A stretch of 64,000 nucleotides of DNA from NCBI GenBank assembly GCA_964106915.2, contig OZ066918.1; one strand, written 5' to 3'. The notes beneath the pieces are model-generated. The model did not search any database, was not told where the DNA came from, and saw only the letters and a program-made list of their open reading frames with translations. Positions within the stretch are counted from its first letter, which is position 1. Each line of letters opens with the position of its first letter. Positions 49,801-62,400 of this stretch are shown piece after piece. Both the position numbers and the translations under genes were made by a program. Source of the DNA: Podarcis gaigeae. Its lineage: Eukaryota.

Positions 49801-51358
49801 AGCTTAAAAGAATATCAGAAGATGAGCCTAGAAGGAGGAAGTTGTGTGTGCCACCAGCTATCTCAGTTTGCCTACAAAAGCAATGAAGAGCGAGAGGATG
49901 TTTATGAACGTGGGCAGACACCTGATACTGCTGAACCCTGTTTGTTTGATTTCTATGATGTACATGAGGCAGAGACCAGAGTTTGGCAGAAGTCAGTACA
50001 TGAAGTGGGTGGAAAATTAGCATCCTTGATGCTGCCACCAAAAGGCTGGGAAATTAAGACAAATGATACGAGAAAGCAACAGTTGTTGGATAAAACTGAT
50101 GCTGCAGTTCTAGATCAGTGTGTCCAGTATGAGCAAAACCACCTGGAAGGGATGGGAAACCACAGCATAACAGGAGACAGCGGAATAGATTCTCCAAGGT
50201 AAGAACAACCGTTACAAGTGACTTTCTTAAACACAAAGAATGTTAATGGTATTTCTTGTACACATATGTGAATCGTACTTTAAGGGATTTTTTAACAGGG
50301 CTTTCAGCTGTGCACTGGAAAAATGCAGATTGCCTATTGGCATAGATAACTCTCATCTCTGATCACATGGGCCTTTCAGGACCTTGCAAGGTTGGGAAAG
50401 CACAGTCCTATAATGAAACATGGCATTTTCCTTGTCCTTGAATGCAAGGAGTCCTCATGAATGCTTGGATAACTTTGCCCACTTAAACAACCTTTAAAAT
50501 GCAATGCTGTAATTTTCACATGTGTATAAATGGTCAAATCATGTATACCACTACCAAATTCTGAATGGCAAAGGTAGGCCAGTATATTCAGTCAATGCTG
50601 ATGTAAGGGACCTTACTACATGCCCAAGTGTCTGCAGGGATAGCAGGTGGTAGTACAGAGTACTCTTACTGCAGCACAGCAGGTGGAAGAAGTCCTCTTC
50701 TCAGTACTGTCACTGTACACTTGCTTCAGTTGCTCAGGAACAGCACCGATAAAGAAAAGCGGAAATCGGGTACTGCAGGAAGGCAAGAAAAGGCCAGGCA
50801 AAATATCCCAGTAAGTGGGTCTGGGCGAACTGTTGAGTTAAATGATGTATACTATCCTTTACCAACCTGGTGCCCTCCAGATGTTTTTGCCTGTGGCTGA
50901 TGGGAGTTGTAGTCCAAAACATCAGGAGGGCATCAGGTTGGTGAAGGATGATGTATAAGGAACACTTGCTGGCTGCATCATATTATGACTCCATATTCCT
51001 TACCCTTCAATTGAAATAAATACTATAAATTCCACAATATTCTTGAGCTGATTCAAAATAAAGATAACTTTTTTGTACTTGTGTGCCACCCAGTATTTCT
51101 TTTAGTAATTTATGGAGAAATAAGTCACTCTGAATGTTTGAATATGGAAAAATAGGTTTCTTATTTAATCTTCTGTTTTACAAAATAATAATTTTTAGAA
51201 CACAAAGTCTGGCATCTGCGAATTCTGCCATCTTAGATGGACTGAAGAAAAGACGAAGTTTTCTCATGAACTTGGAAGGCATAGAGAAGACTATACATAA
51301 TGGAAAGACTCTGACACGAAGCTCCTTGCTTCAGTTGACTCCAGTCATGAACGTTTAA
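31319..51358 (+). CDS. STOX1: Storkhead-box protein 1 (winged-helix transcription factor). Exons 31319-31706, 45812-45964, 47897-50198, 51199-51358; 3003 nt, 1000 aa
   Basis: [43 protein letters not shown]|[35 protein letters not shown]|..[49 protein letters not shown]|TQSLAS..LTPVMNV*. Splice phases 1, 1, 2 give one open frame. Syntenic position between CCAR1 and DDX50/21. Confidence 0.97.
34594..34884 (+). mobile_element. Sauria SINE, slightly 5'-truncated, in STOX1 intron 1
   Basis: High similarity to the 27839 copy; flanking direct repeat ttttattgcaa at 34575-34585 and 34886-34896. Confidence 0.9.
34949..35255. mobile_element. Non-autonomous hAT DNA transposon
   Basis: TIRs CAGGGGTAGGCAA..TTGCCGACCCCTA; 8-bp TSD gattatag/gattacag. 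Confidence 0.8.
35955..35995. repeat. Compound (GCT)n(TTC)n microsatellite
   Basis: Seen directly. Confidence 0.9.
36206..36417 (+). mobile_element. tRNA-derived SINE (Squam3/MIR-like). Related copies at about 62630-62860 and, degraded, 37735-37920
   Basis: A-box tggtgtagtggttag, B-box ggttcaattccc, core gtgaccttgggc and an A-rich tail, all shared between copies. Confidence 0.7.
40056..40301. mobile_element. Tc1/mariner (Tigger-like) MITE
   Basis: TA|CAGTCATACCTC..GAGGTACCACTG|TA: imperfect TIRs with a TA TSD. Confidence 0.8.
40412..41383 (+). mobile_element. Young 5'-truncated CR1 LINE; reverse-transcriptase C-terminal ORF open from 40417 to 41304
   Basis: [46 protein letters not shown]; 3' tail (ATTCTATG)n. 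Confidence 0.96.
43445..43574. mobile_element. hAT MITE, same family as 12612-12746, opposite orientation
   Basis: TIRs CAGGCTTCCTCA..TGAGGAAGCCTG; TSD tgatagct/tgataact. Confidence 0.85.
47596..47657. repeat. 31-bp tandem duplication, 2 copies, 1 mismatch
   Basis: ttaaagtcagaaatc(a/t)gttagctgtaagcaa x2. Confidence 0.9.
47897..50198 (+). CDS. STOX1: STOX1 large exon 3 (2302 nt)
   Basis: 753-aa ORF in the track (47941-50202); acceptor ttctag|GT, donor CCAAG|gtaaga. Confidence 0.96.
50858..50950. mobile_element. Degraded hAT MITE; related copies at about 27410-27527 and 46450-46580
   Basis: ccctccagatgtt..gatgggagttgtagtccaaaacatc core, shared with the 12612 family. Confidence 0.6.
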
Positions 51359-51560
51359 TTTTTCTTATCAGGTTTTGATAATTCCTTTGTAAATATGTTA
51401 ATATATTTACTGTAAATTCTTTGAACTGTCATATACATTAAAGTAGGTAAGATCATTATATTCTCATAATAAGATGTATTAAAACTTTGTAATAAGCATT
51501 TTTTTCCAGTGATTTTTTCTAATGTTTTATTTCTAGTAATAAATTATATTGCAGAATTGA
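51359..51560 (+). terminator. STOX1: Short AU-rich STOX1 3' UTR; ATTAAA at about 51437 and 51478, AATAAA at 51538-51543
   Basis: Poly(A) hexamers downstream of the TAA stop. Confidence 0.6.
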
Positions 51561-52479
51561 TGATCTCAAGTTGCACTTCATTCCGATTGTCTCCACAAAC
51601 CATTTAGGATGCCAACTTGTTCCAAGAGTCCCATGACTTTGCTAGATCAGTCCAATCAATGATCCTAAGGGTATTTACTGATGCACCTCAAACCAGGAAT
51701 TAGTGTGCACGCACGCACACATGCACACACCCTTAGCTGTGCAGTGATTCCAGTGAATTTGGTGGTCAGGATAGACGTCCCATCTTCACATAACACAAGT
51801 TTATTTCAATTTGCTGCCACAAGGAGATGATGGCCACTGGCTCAGATGCGTTTTAAAGGGAATTAGGCAAATTCACAGGGTACAAATCTAGCTGATTTTA
51901 GCCATAACAGTTAACTAGAATATCTGTGTTCAGAGACAGTGTATCTGAATACCAGCTGCTGAGGACATACAATACAGAAGAGAGCTGTTGCCTGATTGGT
52001 TACTGTGGGAAGCAGTAGGATGCTGCACTAGATTTGTCTCTGAGAAATTCTTAAGATTCTTAAGGTATCATTAGAATAAGGTCAGCTTAGGAAATACATG
52101 ATCGTAAAAAAAGAGCCAACTCCAAGGGGCGGAGGGGTCTTCACCCCCCAATTATAATATTTGAGAGGACCAGGCCCCCTCCAAAGTTGATGGGCATTGC
52201 CATTTAAACTCTGTGTGTGTGTGTGTTCAAGTTGCCCCCCCTGCTCTGGGCATATGCAGAGTGCAAATTCTTCAGCGAAGCGGAGGGCGTTTCCTTACCA
52301 AAACCCTACTTATTTTAAAGTTTTGACTTTCGGCTACTTTAAAGCGTGGGAAGTGGGGTGGCGGTGGTGGCTGCAGCACATAATCGAGAAGTGGGGGGAG
52401 GGGTGCCAGCCCAGTTTGATTCAGCCAAGTTGCCACATATCTCTCTCCTTTTCACCGCTGGGATTTACTGCTCGGCCTC

Positions 52480-53420
52480 CGGCAGCAGCGACAGGACTCG
52501 GGCCAGAGGGAAACGGTGCTGAACGGTACGGAAACCTTTCGTCTTCACCCCCGAGGCCGCCCTCTCGCCTGCCACCTAGTGCGGCGGCGAAAGGCAGAGC
52601 CAACGCGGAGAAAGACGGCGATGACTCACCGAGGGGGGGAGTGTCCGTTTACCGCGCTTCACCTCAGGGGAGGCGGAGCAGCGGGAGCTGCTAGCCGGGG
52701 ACAGTCGCACTCGCCGCCTGGGAATGGGCTGCCTCGGCCGCTGCCTCACGCAGCACTGCGCCCGCTCGCCGGCCCTGCAGGCTTTGGGCCTCGTCCGCTC
52801 CCGGGCTTTGCCCTCCCCCCGCGCCACCAGCGACCGCTCGGCTTCCTCAGCCCCGGGCCTCCCCACGCTTCGCTCCCTCTGTTGGCGGGGCTGGGCCTGG
52901 CCAAGAGCCGCCTCCCGCAGCCAAGCGCCGCCTCGCTTCCTCGTCAGCAGCGCCGCCGGGGCGGGGCTCTTTCCTTTTACCCCGGCGTCGGCCTGGAGCA
53001 GCCGCTTGTGCCACCACCTCAGCGGAGAAGAGTCCCAGGAAATGCCCGCAGCCCCCCGGCCAGACTACGAGAGCGAGGACGAGATGGAGCCCCGCACCCC
53101 GATGGACGCCGAGGCCGCCCTGGAGGGCAGCGGCAAGAAGCGCAAGGTATCCGGGGAGAGGGAGAAGGGGAGAAGCCGCCGGGCCGGCTGGGCCTCGTGG
53201 CCGCGAGTGGAGAGAGGCGAGCCGGGCCCGGGAGAAGGAGGAGGAGCCAAAGGCGGCTTCTCTCCCTCAGCCGCGGCCGCGTAGTCGAATTCTCGCTTCT
53301 CGGAAGCGCAAGGGCGCGTGGGGCGAGCCGCTGCCACGCGGCTGCCATTAACAACGTGGGCCTCGCCAGTCTTGCTTCGCTCCTCCAACAACCCCTCACC
53401 CCGCACGCCGAAATTATTAT
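52480..53420. promoter_or_regulatory. CpG island promoter of the DDX21/DDX50-family gene; GC box 52958-52967 followed by a pyrimidine tract CTCTTTCCTTTT at 52967-52978
   Basis: High CpG density around ATG 53042; motifs read directly. Confidence 0.85.
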
Positions 53421-56400
53421 TTAAAAAAAAAAAAAACCAAGCACTCCTAATCTTATTTATTTATTTTTTTAAAGAGGGAAGTGCTTCTTCACGCAGCGCA
53501 TAGTTTGTAACTGCGGGGCTCGCTCTCTCAGGAGGCAGTGAGGATGGCCGCCAACTTGGATGGCTTTCTGAGAGGATTATGCAACGGGGAGGATAAAGCT
53601 ATCCATGGCTACTGGGCACGGGTGGCCAAGCTCGGCCTCCCCAGTTGGAGGCAGCGGCGTTTCTGAAGGCCGGTTGCTGGAAACCACGGGAGGGGAGAGC
53701 GCCCTTGTGCTCCTGCTCTGTTCCCTGGTTTCCCGCGGGTGTTTGCTTGGCCACTATGAGAGCAGGATGCTGGACTAGATGGGCCATTGGCCTGATCCAG
53801 TAGGTTCTTTATGCTCTTAGTACTTGCGTGTAATTCGAAAGATGCATGGTTGAGCTGCATTGCCGTGTAAGCAGTACGTTATTATTATTGTTCATTAAGT
53901 TTGTTATTCACTTTATCTTGTCAAACAAGCAAACAATCCCCCCACGAAGATACATTAAAGCCAGGGTGAGGGTTACATAATAGAAAATTCCATCTACTTC
54001 TAAAAGGCAACAGAAGTAAGCCTCACTGAGGTCAGTGGGACTTTACATGAGGATGTAATTGCATAAAAACACAATGAACTGCATAGCTTCAAATAATAGA
54101 GGGGGAAATGTGTTTTTCCATGCCGGGGAGGGGTAGATATGTCTGTGCATATTAATTTGAGGTTGTTTGTTTATTGTAGAAGGATAAAAAAGATAAATCT
54201 AAAAAGCATAAAATGAAAATTAAAGAAACACCAACAGAGGAGAATGAACTGTCTGATACAGAATTGGAACCACCCAAACCAAAGAAAAGTAAGAAAAAGA
54301 AAGAAGTTTTTGATGACATTGAAGTCATAATTGCGGAACACAATACAACATCCTCCGCCACTAATGGGGTTGGCAAGTCAAAAAAGCAGGGTAATACTGA
54401 AGAATCAAATACGGAATGTGAGAGTGACCAAGATCAGGTGAGATGATACCTTCAGACCTTTCATTTTGTATACTTAATTTCAATGGAATTTCAGTGCAGA
54501 AGTTGGGAAAGGTAAGTGTACTAACCCATGTACTGAGGCAAGGTGTAGTCATAATTCCTTTTCCAAGCACAATTCAAAGTGTTGATAATTTTTGAGTCCT
54601 AACATGGTTTGGGACTTGGATACATGAAGGAATTCCTTTCTGTGTTTCCATGCCCGGGGGCTTAGGATCGCTACCTGAAATGTAGATTGCAATGAGAAAA
54701 AGTACCTCCCTGGTGTGACACCCTGTTAATGTAAACTTGCTCTACAGGGAGGCTTTCCTGGTGACAACTTTATAATCTTTTTGTCACCAGATGAAGACTT
54801 TTTAAACTTCTCCCAGACTATTTAGGTTCCAAGTTTCAACTGTTTCAATTACTTATATCAATTGCTGGTTTTAATTGTGATGTTTCATTTTTTGTTATTG
54901 TAAAGACTTTATGGTGGTGTTTTGTTGTGGGTCACCCTGGGAAACAGCATTTATTTAAGATACTGCCTGAAGGGAAGTATAGATGAAATAATAATAATTA
55001 AAAGTAGAATGTACCTCATATTTTCATTTCCCAGTCTAGTCCACACATCTGTTTTCCAGCATTGGAAAGTTCTGTCCATTGGGGATGCAAGGGCATTTTA
55101 TTAACCTTGGGACTTCCAAGTGCACAGACCCAAGGGTTTGGGTAAGCAGGCTGAAGGTGTCCATTTTCTGAGTTCAGTTTGAGGATGAAGGGCCTTGTTC
55201 TTGTAGATGCTATGGCAAAAAATACTCTAACGTAGGGGCGGCTAACTCCTAAATTGACTGAAACTACAGTAAAACACCACAGTAGGTAAAACAGCAGTAA
55301 CAGCAAGATGAGTAGCACCAGGCTCATTTAAAAACAGCTCATTTGATGTTTAAAAGGTTGACAATGAAAAGACATAAGAGTGTTTGGGTAGCATCGCTAG
55401 CAAAAGTCCCACAATTGAGGTGATGCAGTCAAAATGTCTGTGGTTGCTTTAGAAGATGGGGTACCCAGAAGAAGTTCTCTAACACAGAACGCTGTTGCCA
55501 ATCCATGTAAATACTGAGATAGAGGGACCAGTGGTCTGATTCGCAATGATGTAGCTTCTGGGGTTCATAACATAAATAAAGTTTGGAGCCACATCGTCAA
55601 TGTTTTGCCCTTGTTTAGCTGTTCTGTTGATCAATTATGTCTGTTGACAATGCACTTTCAATATAATAGGCTTGCTGTAAGTGTTTTGTACTGAGGTTTC
55701 TGTTCTTGTTCATCTATACTACAAGTTTATGAGAGCCTTATGTACAGGATATCTTTGTATCTCTTGCTTTCCATTCCTTATTTTCTCCCAACATGTTTGA
55801 ATCTGTGAAAATACTTACCAGATATATTAAACGCTTGTTTTTGTTTTCCTTTCGGCACTGCTAGCACTTTTTGGAATATTTTAAATTGCTTTTCTATAAC
55901 TAATCTTTTGCATTAAAAAAATCCCAACAGGAATTGACTGAAGAGCAAAAGGAAGGAGACTTTGCCAACTTTAATCTCTCTAAAGCAACAATTGACCTTC
56001 TCAAAGGTATGTTCTTTAAATGTTTACAGTCTGAAGCAGAACACTCCTTCCCCCCCTCCCTGCCCATTTTCATCTTGCTCTCACCAGGACTGGTTATTTG
56101 ATTATGTCTTAGAACAGTGGCTGAGCAATAGTAGATTAGATTCCATGTAAGTACAGAATGATGCACATTGGAACAGTAGTCAAAATTTACAAATACATTC
56201 TAATTTGGCTGTGAACACCAAGGAGAGAGATCTCAGAATCATAGCTGAAAACAGCTTGGTATACAGCAACAATGAAAAAAACAACCATATTTGATACTGA
56301 GAATAGAAAATAAAATAGCAATAAAATTTTCAATATAATAACCAAACTGTTTGTCTGAAATGCCAGTTATAGTAATTCTATGTGTTTTTCTTAAGAAAGA

Positions 56401-59400
56401 AGTTGACTTAATGCATAAAAACCTTTCACACCTTTTTGTGGTGGCTATGCAGTGGTAAAGCCTCACAAACTCTAGCACAAATAAATGATATATATACAAT
56501 TGTAATGTCATTTAATTATGGAAACCTTAACACACCTGATGAAAATGACAAATCAGACAGCTTCTAAACATTTTAGACCAATTTTTAGATCATAATGATT
56601 CTCTCCAAACTACAGCTCCACCTGAGAATTACCAAACTCTTCTAAATTAAGTGATTAGATTACAGTTTTGTAATATTTCTTGTATACTTCTCTGTGTGGT
56701 TCTTCCCCACCCTGATCATAGTTGTTTCTTTCTATCTTTAAGTATTTGAAAATATTTTAAAATTCTGTTCAGAATTCTTTACATGATTAAATTTTTTGTA
56801 TGAGAATTTATCAGTGTTAATTCTTGATCATCCAGTGCAAGTTGACTGACTAGATTCAGTAAAGAAAAAAAGAGAAAATTTCTTACACGACTCAAAATGC
56901 ATGACATTCATTTCTTAAATTACTAATTTAGATAACTTTGAAGAGAGGTTAGACAAATTCATAGGTGGCCATCAGCTACAATAATTAAATGCAGCTTCCA
57001 TTTTAAAGAGGCAATAAACCCCTGATTACTAAATAATAAAGATAAACAAAGCAGACAGAATGCTTGACTAGTACCTTGATCTACATTGGAAATGTAATTA
57101 GCAACATATTCAATGAAGCTTCACATCTGTTTTCCCCAATTTGTAAATATGTAAATAAAAACACTTGAATTACTTTCATGCTATGAATTGGGTTTTTTTC
57201 ATATAAGCAATTATCAGCTGTTGAATAATGATGATTTTTACATCTTTCTATATAAAAGCCTTAAATGTATTCTTCCACAGCCCGTGGAGTTACCTACCTG
57301 TTTCCAGTTCAAGTAAAGACTTACAAGCATATTTCTGATGGCAAAGATGTGATAGCCCAAGCTCGGACTGGAACTGGGAAAACCTTCTCTTTTGCCATTC
57401 CTTTAATTGAAAAACTTCAGGGAGATCCCCAGGAAAGAAAAAGAGGCCGCACACCAAAGGTGAGTGAAACTGACTTATGCTTCTTCCCCCTCCCCTGCTG
57501 CAGACCAAATTCCCCCAGATGTGCTCCACAAAGTTGGGAGGCCCTCCAGAGCAGATTGGGCAGGTAGGAGGAGGAGATTTTCACCTATGCAGCTCTGAAT
57601 ATCTCCCACCATGTGTATAATAGTGTATGTTCAGGTAAAAATAAACTTGCAAAAATTCTGAAGATTTAAATAAGAGGCTATTTCAGCCCATAGTTTTACA
57701 ACACTCAAATAACACTAACTGCATTTCAACAAAATGTTTAGGTTTTGGTCCTCACTCCAACCAGAGAGTTGGCAATGCAAGTAGCCAGAGACTTCAAAGA
57801 TGTCACAAGGAAACTCACTGTGGCTTGCTTCTATGGAGGAACGGCATACAATGGACAACGTAAGAAATCACAACAGTGGGTTTTTTTGCGGTAGTAGCAC
57901 TTTAAAGAAAGAAAGAAGGTTATCTGTGTGATTGAGGAGAAAACACCATTAAAATGTGAAGAAATAGTGTTACCTTTAGATTAGGCTCTATTAGTGCTTG
58001 TTACATAAATGTTAGCATTGGTGGTGTGTTATTAGGTGCTAAAGATACATTCACTCTATATCCCTGCTTTTAAAAAGTACTTTTTTAAAAAACTGAAGTG
58101 GTACTGGTCCCCCTTTCAAAAAAAACAGAACACAACAGTCTGAAGTAAAGTCAAACCTCGGCTCCCGAACGCCTCCGTTACCTTACATTTCGGCTCCCAA
58201 ACACCGAAAACCCAGAAGTAAGTGTTCTGGTTTTCAACGTCTTTTGGAAGCTGAATGTCCGATGCCAATCGGAAGCTGTGCCTTAGTTTTCAAATGGTTT
58301 CGAGAGTTGAACGGGCTGCTGAAACTGATTACGTTCGATAACCGAAGTTTGACTGTACTTCACTGTTTCACTTTTCTTGTGTTCAGAGGTGTGTGGTGAA
58401 ACTTGACACTTACCTATAGGAAATCAGTGTTGCTTAATAGGAAGGGATATCAAAAACTGAAGAAAATAATTACAGCTCCGTCCTATGTATTTTTACTTGG
58501 GTGGAACTAACTTCCACTGTATTCAGTGCAGCTCATTCTCAGGTTAAGTAAGCATAGGATAGCAGCCTTAGATTATATCTTAAAGCAAAGGGATTAATGG
58601 AAGCACTGCCAAATGTCCAAATGTATATTAAAGTTACACATTTTGGAGAGTACCATGCATGAAGGTTTGGGGCTCTACCAAAGTAGTTCCTGCAAACTTT
58701 AGAACATTGTCGTAGATATGATCATGGGTCACAGGAAACCGCTTTTTAGAAATGTGCTGCAGAGCTGTTTCATCTTCACATGGCATTTCGTCACAATTCG
58801 TGAAACTAATTCTTTAGCAATTTAATACATAATCAACATTAACTTTCCTTCTCAGTTGATCTTATGCGTAATGGCATTGACATCCTGGTTGGGACTCCAG
58901 GTCGAATTAAAGACCATCTTCAAAATAACAAATTGGACATTTCCAATCTAAAGCATGTTGTCCTGGATGAAGTTGACCAGATGTTGGACATGGGATTTGC
59001 GGAACAAGTAGAGGAAATTTTAGCATATGCTTATAAAAAAGGTAACTACTTCATCTGTTCACCTGTCATGGCAAGCCATAGAGCTCTTTTGTATCTGGAT
59101 CTGTTTGCTCAGCAGACACTGTGCTGTCCACCTTAGTCTCTCACATGAATTGAAAGTACCTGTGGAGGATTGGTCAATCTGTAGTGGAGGATTAAATTTG
59201 AAAGCAATTTAGTCTTACTCTCTTTCAGTGTCAGAGGACTTTAAATATAATTTGAGCCCAGTGCATAATATAGCATATAAATGAAAAAAAAATGAGCTAT
59301 ATGTACATTGGGTTAAAATTATTATGATACTTTAGTTTTAGATTTAAAAGTTATTTTTAAGCATTTTGAAATACCCAGTGTCACACATTGCTTCTAAAAG

Positions 59401-62400
59401 GGAATGATGCTCTAAAAAGGTTTGGTATGGGATTGTGTTCCTAATGGCATTTCAATATTTTTTTTAATTGGAGCTTATTAAAAGTAGAACAGGAAAATGC
59501 TCACAAGTAAAGCATGAGACACTGGATATACAAGAGATGTGCATTCATTTGGGTTTCTATTTTATAGTCTGCATCTGCGTCTGTTGAATATTAATACCTT
59601 GAGTGCACATGTTGAGAATTATCAGGAAGTAAGAGTGCACAAATGTTAATGTAATTTCTTCTCTTATTCTGAGTGGCGTTTTTGCCTCTATTATGGATAT
59701 GATGATTATAGATTTTCCTGTATTTTTAATCATGGAAATTAGTTTAATTGCTTTAACTTTGTATGACACAATATTTGTTTTGTGTTAAAGATTCTGAAGA
59801 CAATCCACAGACGTTACTCTTTTCTGCAACTTGCCCACATTGGGTTTATGATGTAGCAAAGAAATACATGAAATCTAGATATGAGCAAATTGATCTTATT
59901 GGAAAGAAGACTCAGAAGACTGCAATGAATGTAGAAGTAAGTAATTTCTTCCAGTGAAACAAGATTAAATTTGTGTGTACCAAGTGTAATTCTTTTTTTT
60001 AAAAAGCAAGCAAACTCACAGTAAAGATAATTGGGTTGGATCCAAAGTTGGTTATACTTCAGTCAAACTGAAATCAATTGCATTTAAGTCATAACTTATG
60101 GCCCACTCCTAGGCATGTCAACTTAGAAGCAAGTCATACTGAATTCACTGGGGCTTACTCCCAGGTAAACAGGACTAAGATTCCAGCCTAACTTGTACCA
60201 TTGAATTTAGTGGGATGAATGTTCAACTAATTTAGCCTTTAGTCATAGCTTATTTTATTGCTAACCAGCATTAATTTCATTTTCTGACAGCATTTGGCTA
60301 TTGAATGTCATTGGTCCCAGAGAGCTGCAGTCATTGGAGACGTTATTCAAGTCTACAGTGGTAGTCATGGACGTACCATCATATTTTGTGAGACCAAAAA
60401 AGAAGCAACTGAACTGGCCCTGAATGCCTCAATAAAACAGGTGCAATGACCCTCATTTCTGTAAAGGATTGCTACAAATTCAACTTAGCTTGAGCTGACT
60501 GTGGGAAAGGGTGTCTTGCTGAAGTGGATGCCATTTTGGCAGTCTCACAGTGCAAGTATCCTGTTTTCTGCAGGAATGTATTCATGCAGCTATGGATATT
60601 TTGGACATCACACTTTTCATGTAAAGGGGGGGAAAATAGAAAATGGGTATGTCAGAATTCAGGGAAAATATTCTCTTGCATCCAAGATCTGTCAGAGCTC
60701 ATTTAAATTGCTTTTGGGGTGGGAAGGAAACTGATCCTTGTCATTTGTCACTTCTGCCAATAATCTCCCATTAACTCTGTTTTATGTACTTAGGATGCAC
60801 AGTCTTTACATGGTGATATTCCACAAAAGCAGAGAGAAGTTACACTGAAAGGCTTTCGCAATGGATCATTTGGAGTTCTGGTTGCAACCAATGTAGCTGC
60901 CCGAGGTTTAGATATCCCAGAGGTTGATCTGGTAATACAAAGTTCACCACCAAAGGTAAATTACTAGTTCCTAGTGGAAAGGAGAGAACCCCCTTTAATT
61001 GTATGTTCATGTTGCAGGCCAGAGGTAGCTTACTTAAAGTGACACACAACATTGGATGCCACATGTAGTGTTTTGTGCAATCTGTCTTTCATTTTGCATA
61101 GCTAAGCACTCTTGCATGTCAGTAAATGTGAATGTCTGGCTTCTCTGTAGCTTTTTCGTAAGATTAATATAAGCATTTCCCACGACTTTTCATTTGTGAA
61201 GGATGTAGAGTCCTATATTCATCGTTCTGGGCGCACAGGTCGAGCTGGCCGAACTGGGATGTGCATCTGTTTCTATCAGCGCAAGGAAGATTATCAGCTG
61301 AGACAAGTAGAACAAAAAGCGGTAATTATCTTCTTCCAACATTTTTGTGTCATTTATATGTTGTATATCTAAGCCATTGGCATGTGCCTCCAAGGGTGGC
61401 TTTTCACTTGAATAATGTACATACTCTTACTCTTATCTTCAGGGGATTACATTTAAACGTGTGGGTGTTCCTACAGCAACGGACATTATTAAGGCTTCCA
61501 GTAAAGATGCTCTCAGGTACTTCATTCTTTGTTTATATTTTGAACTTAATGTAGTGTCCAGCGCATGTCACGAGTTTCCATTAACCGTATCTGTCCAAGA
61601 TCAGATCAGGATATTGACTTAATGAAGACAGATTACAGATTCTGCTTCACAGCCTTCTATTTTAGCTCACAAGAACAGTAGCACTGTTGCACATTTTTGT
61701 TTCTTTGCAGCATGATAATCAGCACTTTTGTCAGCTGTGGAGAGTATGTATGTGGGTGTGTACTGATTTGATCTGAATTTGTCAGGAAAAAACAAGAAAC
61801 AAATTACTGGAGGCATACGGGGAAGTTTGGGTAATAATCTAGAGGTTGCATCCAGCTTGTCTTCCCCCTCTGTGTTCTCCATGCTCCTCAAAAGGCTGAC
61901 GCAGAGTTTTGGGGAGTGAGGGGACTCGCCTGAACAACATGGGGAGAGGAAAATGATTTATCTACCCACTTCTGTTGTAGTCCAGCATGTACTGTTGAGT
62001 GGAGCTCTAAACCTCTGGAGAATCTTTTTGTAGAAGGCAAAGTGGGAAGAGGAGAAGATTATGCAGGTCACCTGTCAGCCATTGGATACAACGCTAGAAT
62101 TCCAAAGCTGCAATCCTGTACATGTTCTGAAGTAAGCCCCAAAATAGTGGGGTTTGCTCTCCAGTAAGTGTATTCAGGATTGCAGCCTTGTTTAAGCTTC
62201 AGTATCTCCTGTGTTATAAAATGTACACTTCTCATTTCAGCAGTTGACATTACACTGACTAATCTTTTGCTCAGATCTTTGGATTCCGTTCCTCCATCTG
62301 CCATTGACCACTTCCGACCGGCAGCTGAACGGCTGATAGAGGAAAAAGGGGCAGTGGAAGCTCTGGCTGCCGCACTGGCTCATATTTCTGGAGCTACTGC

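Noticed and set aside
50628-50900. 90-aa ORF with a good donor (CCA|gtaagt, 50810) in STOX1 intron 3
   Set aside because: The candidate acceptor at 50637 has no polypyrimidine tract, the 173-nt segment would frameshift, and the ORF end runs into a MITE.
53147-53156. Donor GTATCC resembling a U12-type 5' splice site
   Set aside because: It continues GG rather than TT, and there is no TCCTTAAC-like branch site near the acceptor at 54179.
52197-53424. 302-aa, 165-aa and antisense ORFs upstream of the helicase
   Set aside because: Low-complexity Pro/Arg/Gly translations of a CpG island with no recognisable domain; the likely start is ATG 53042.
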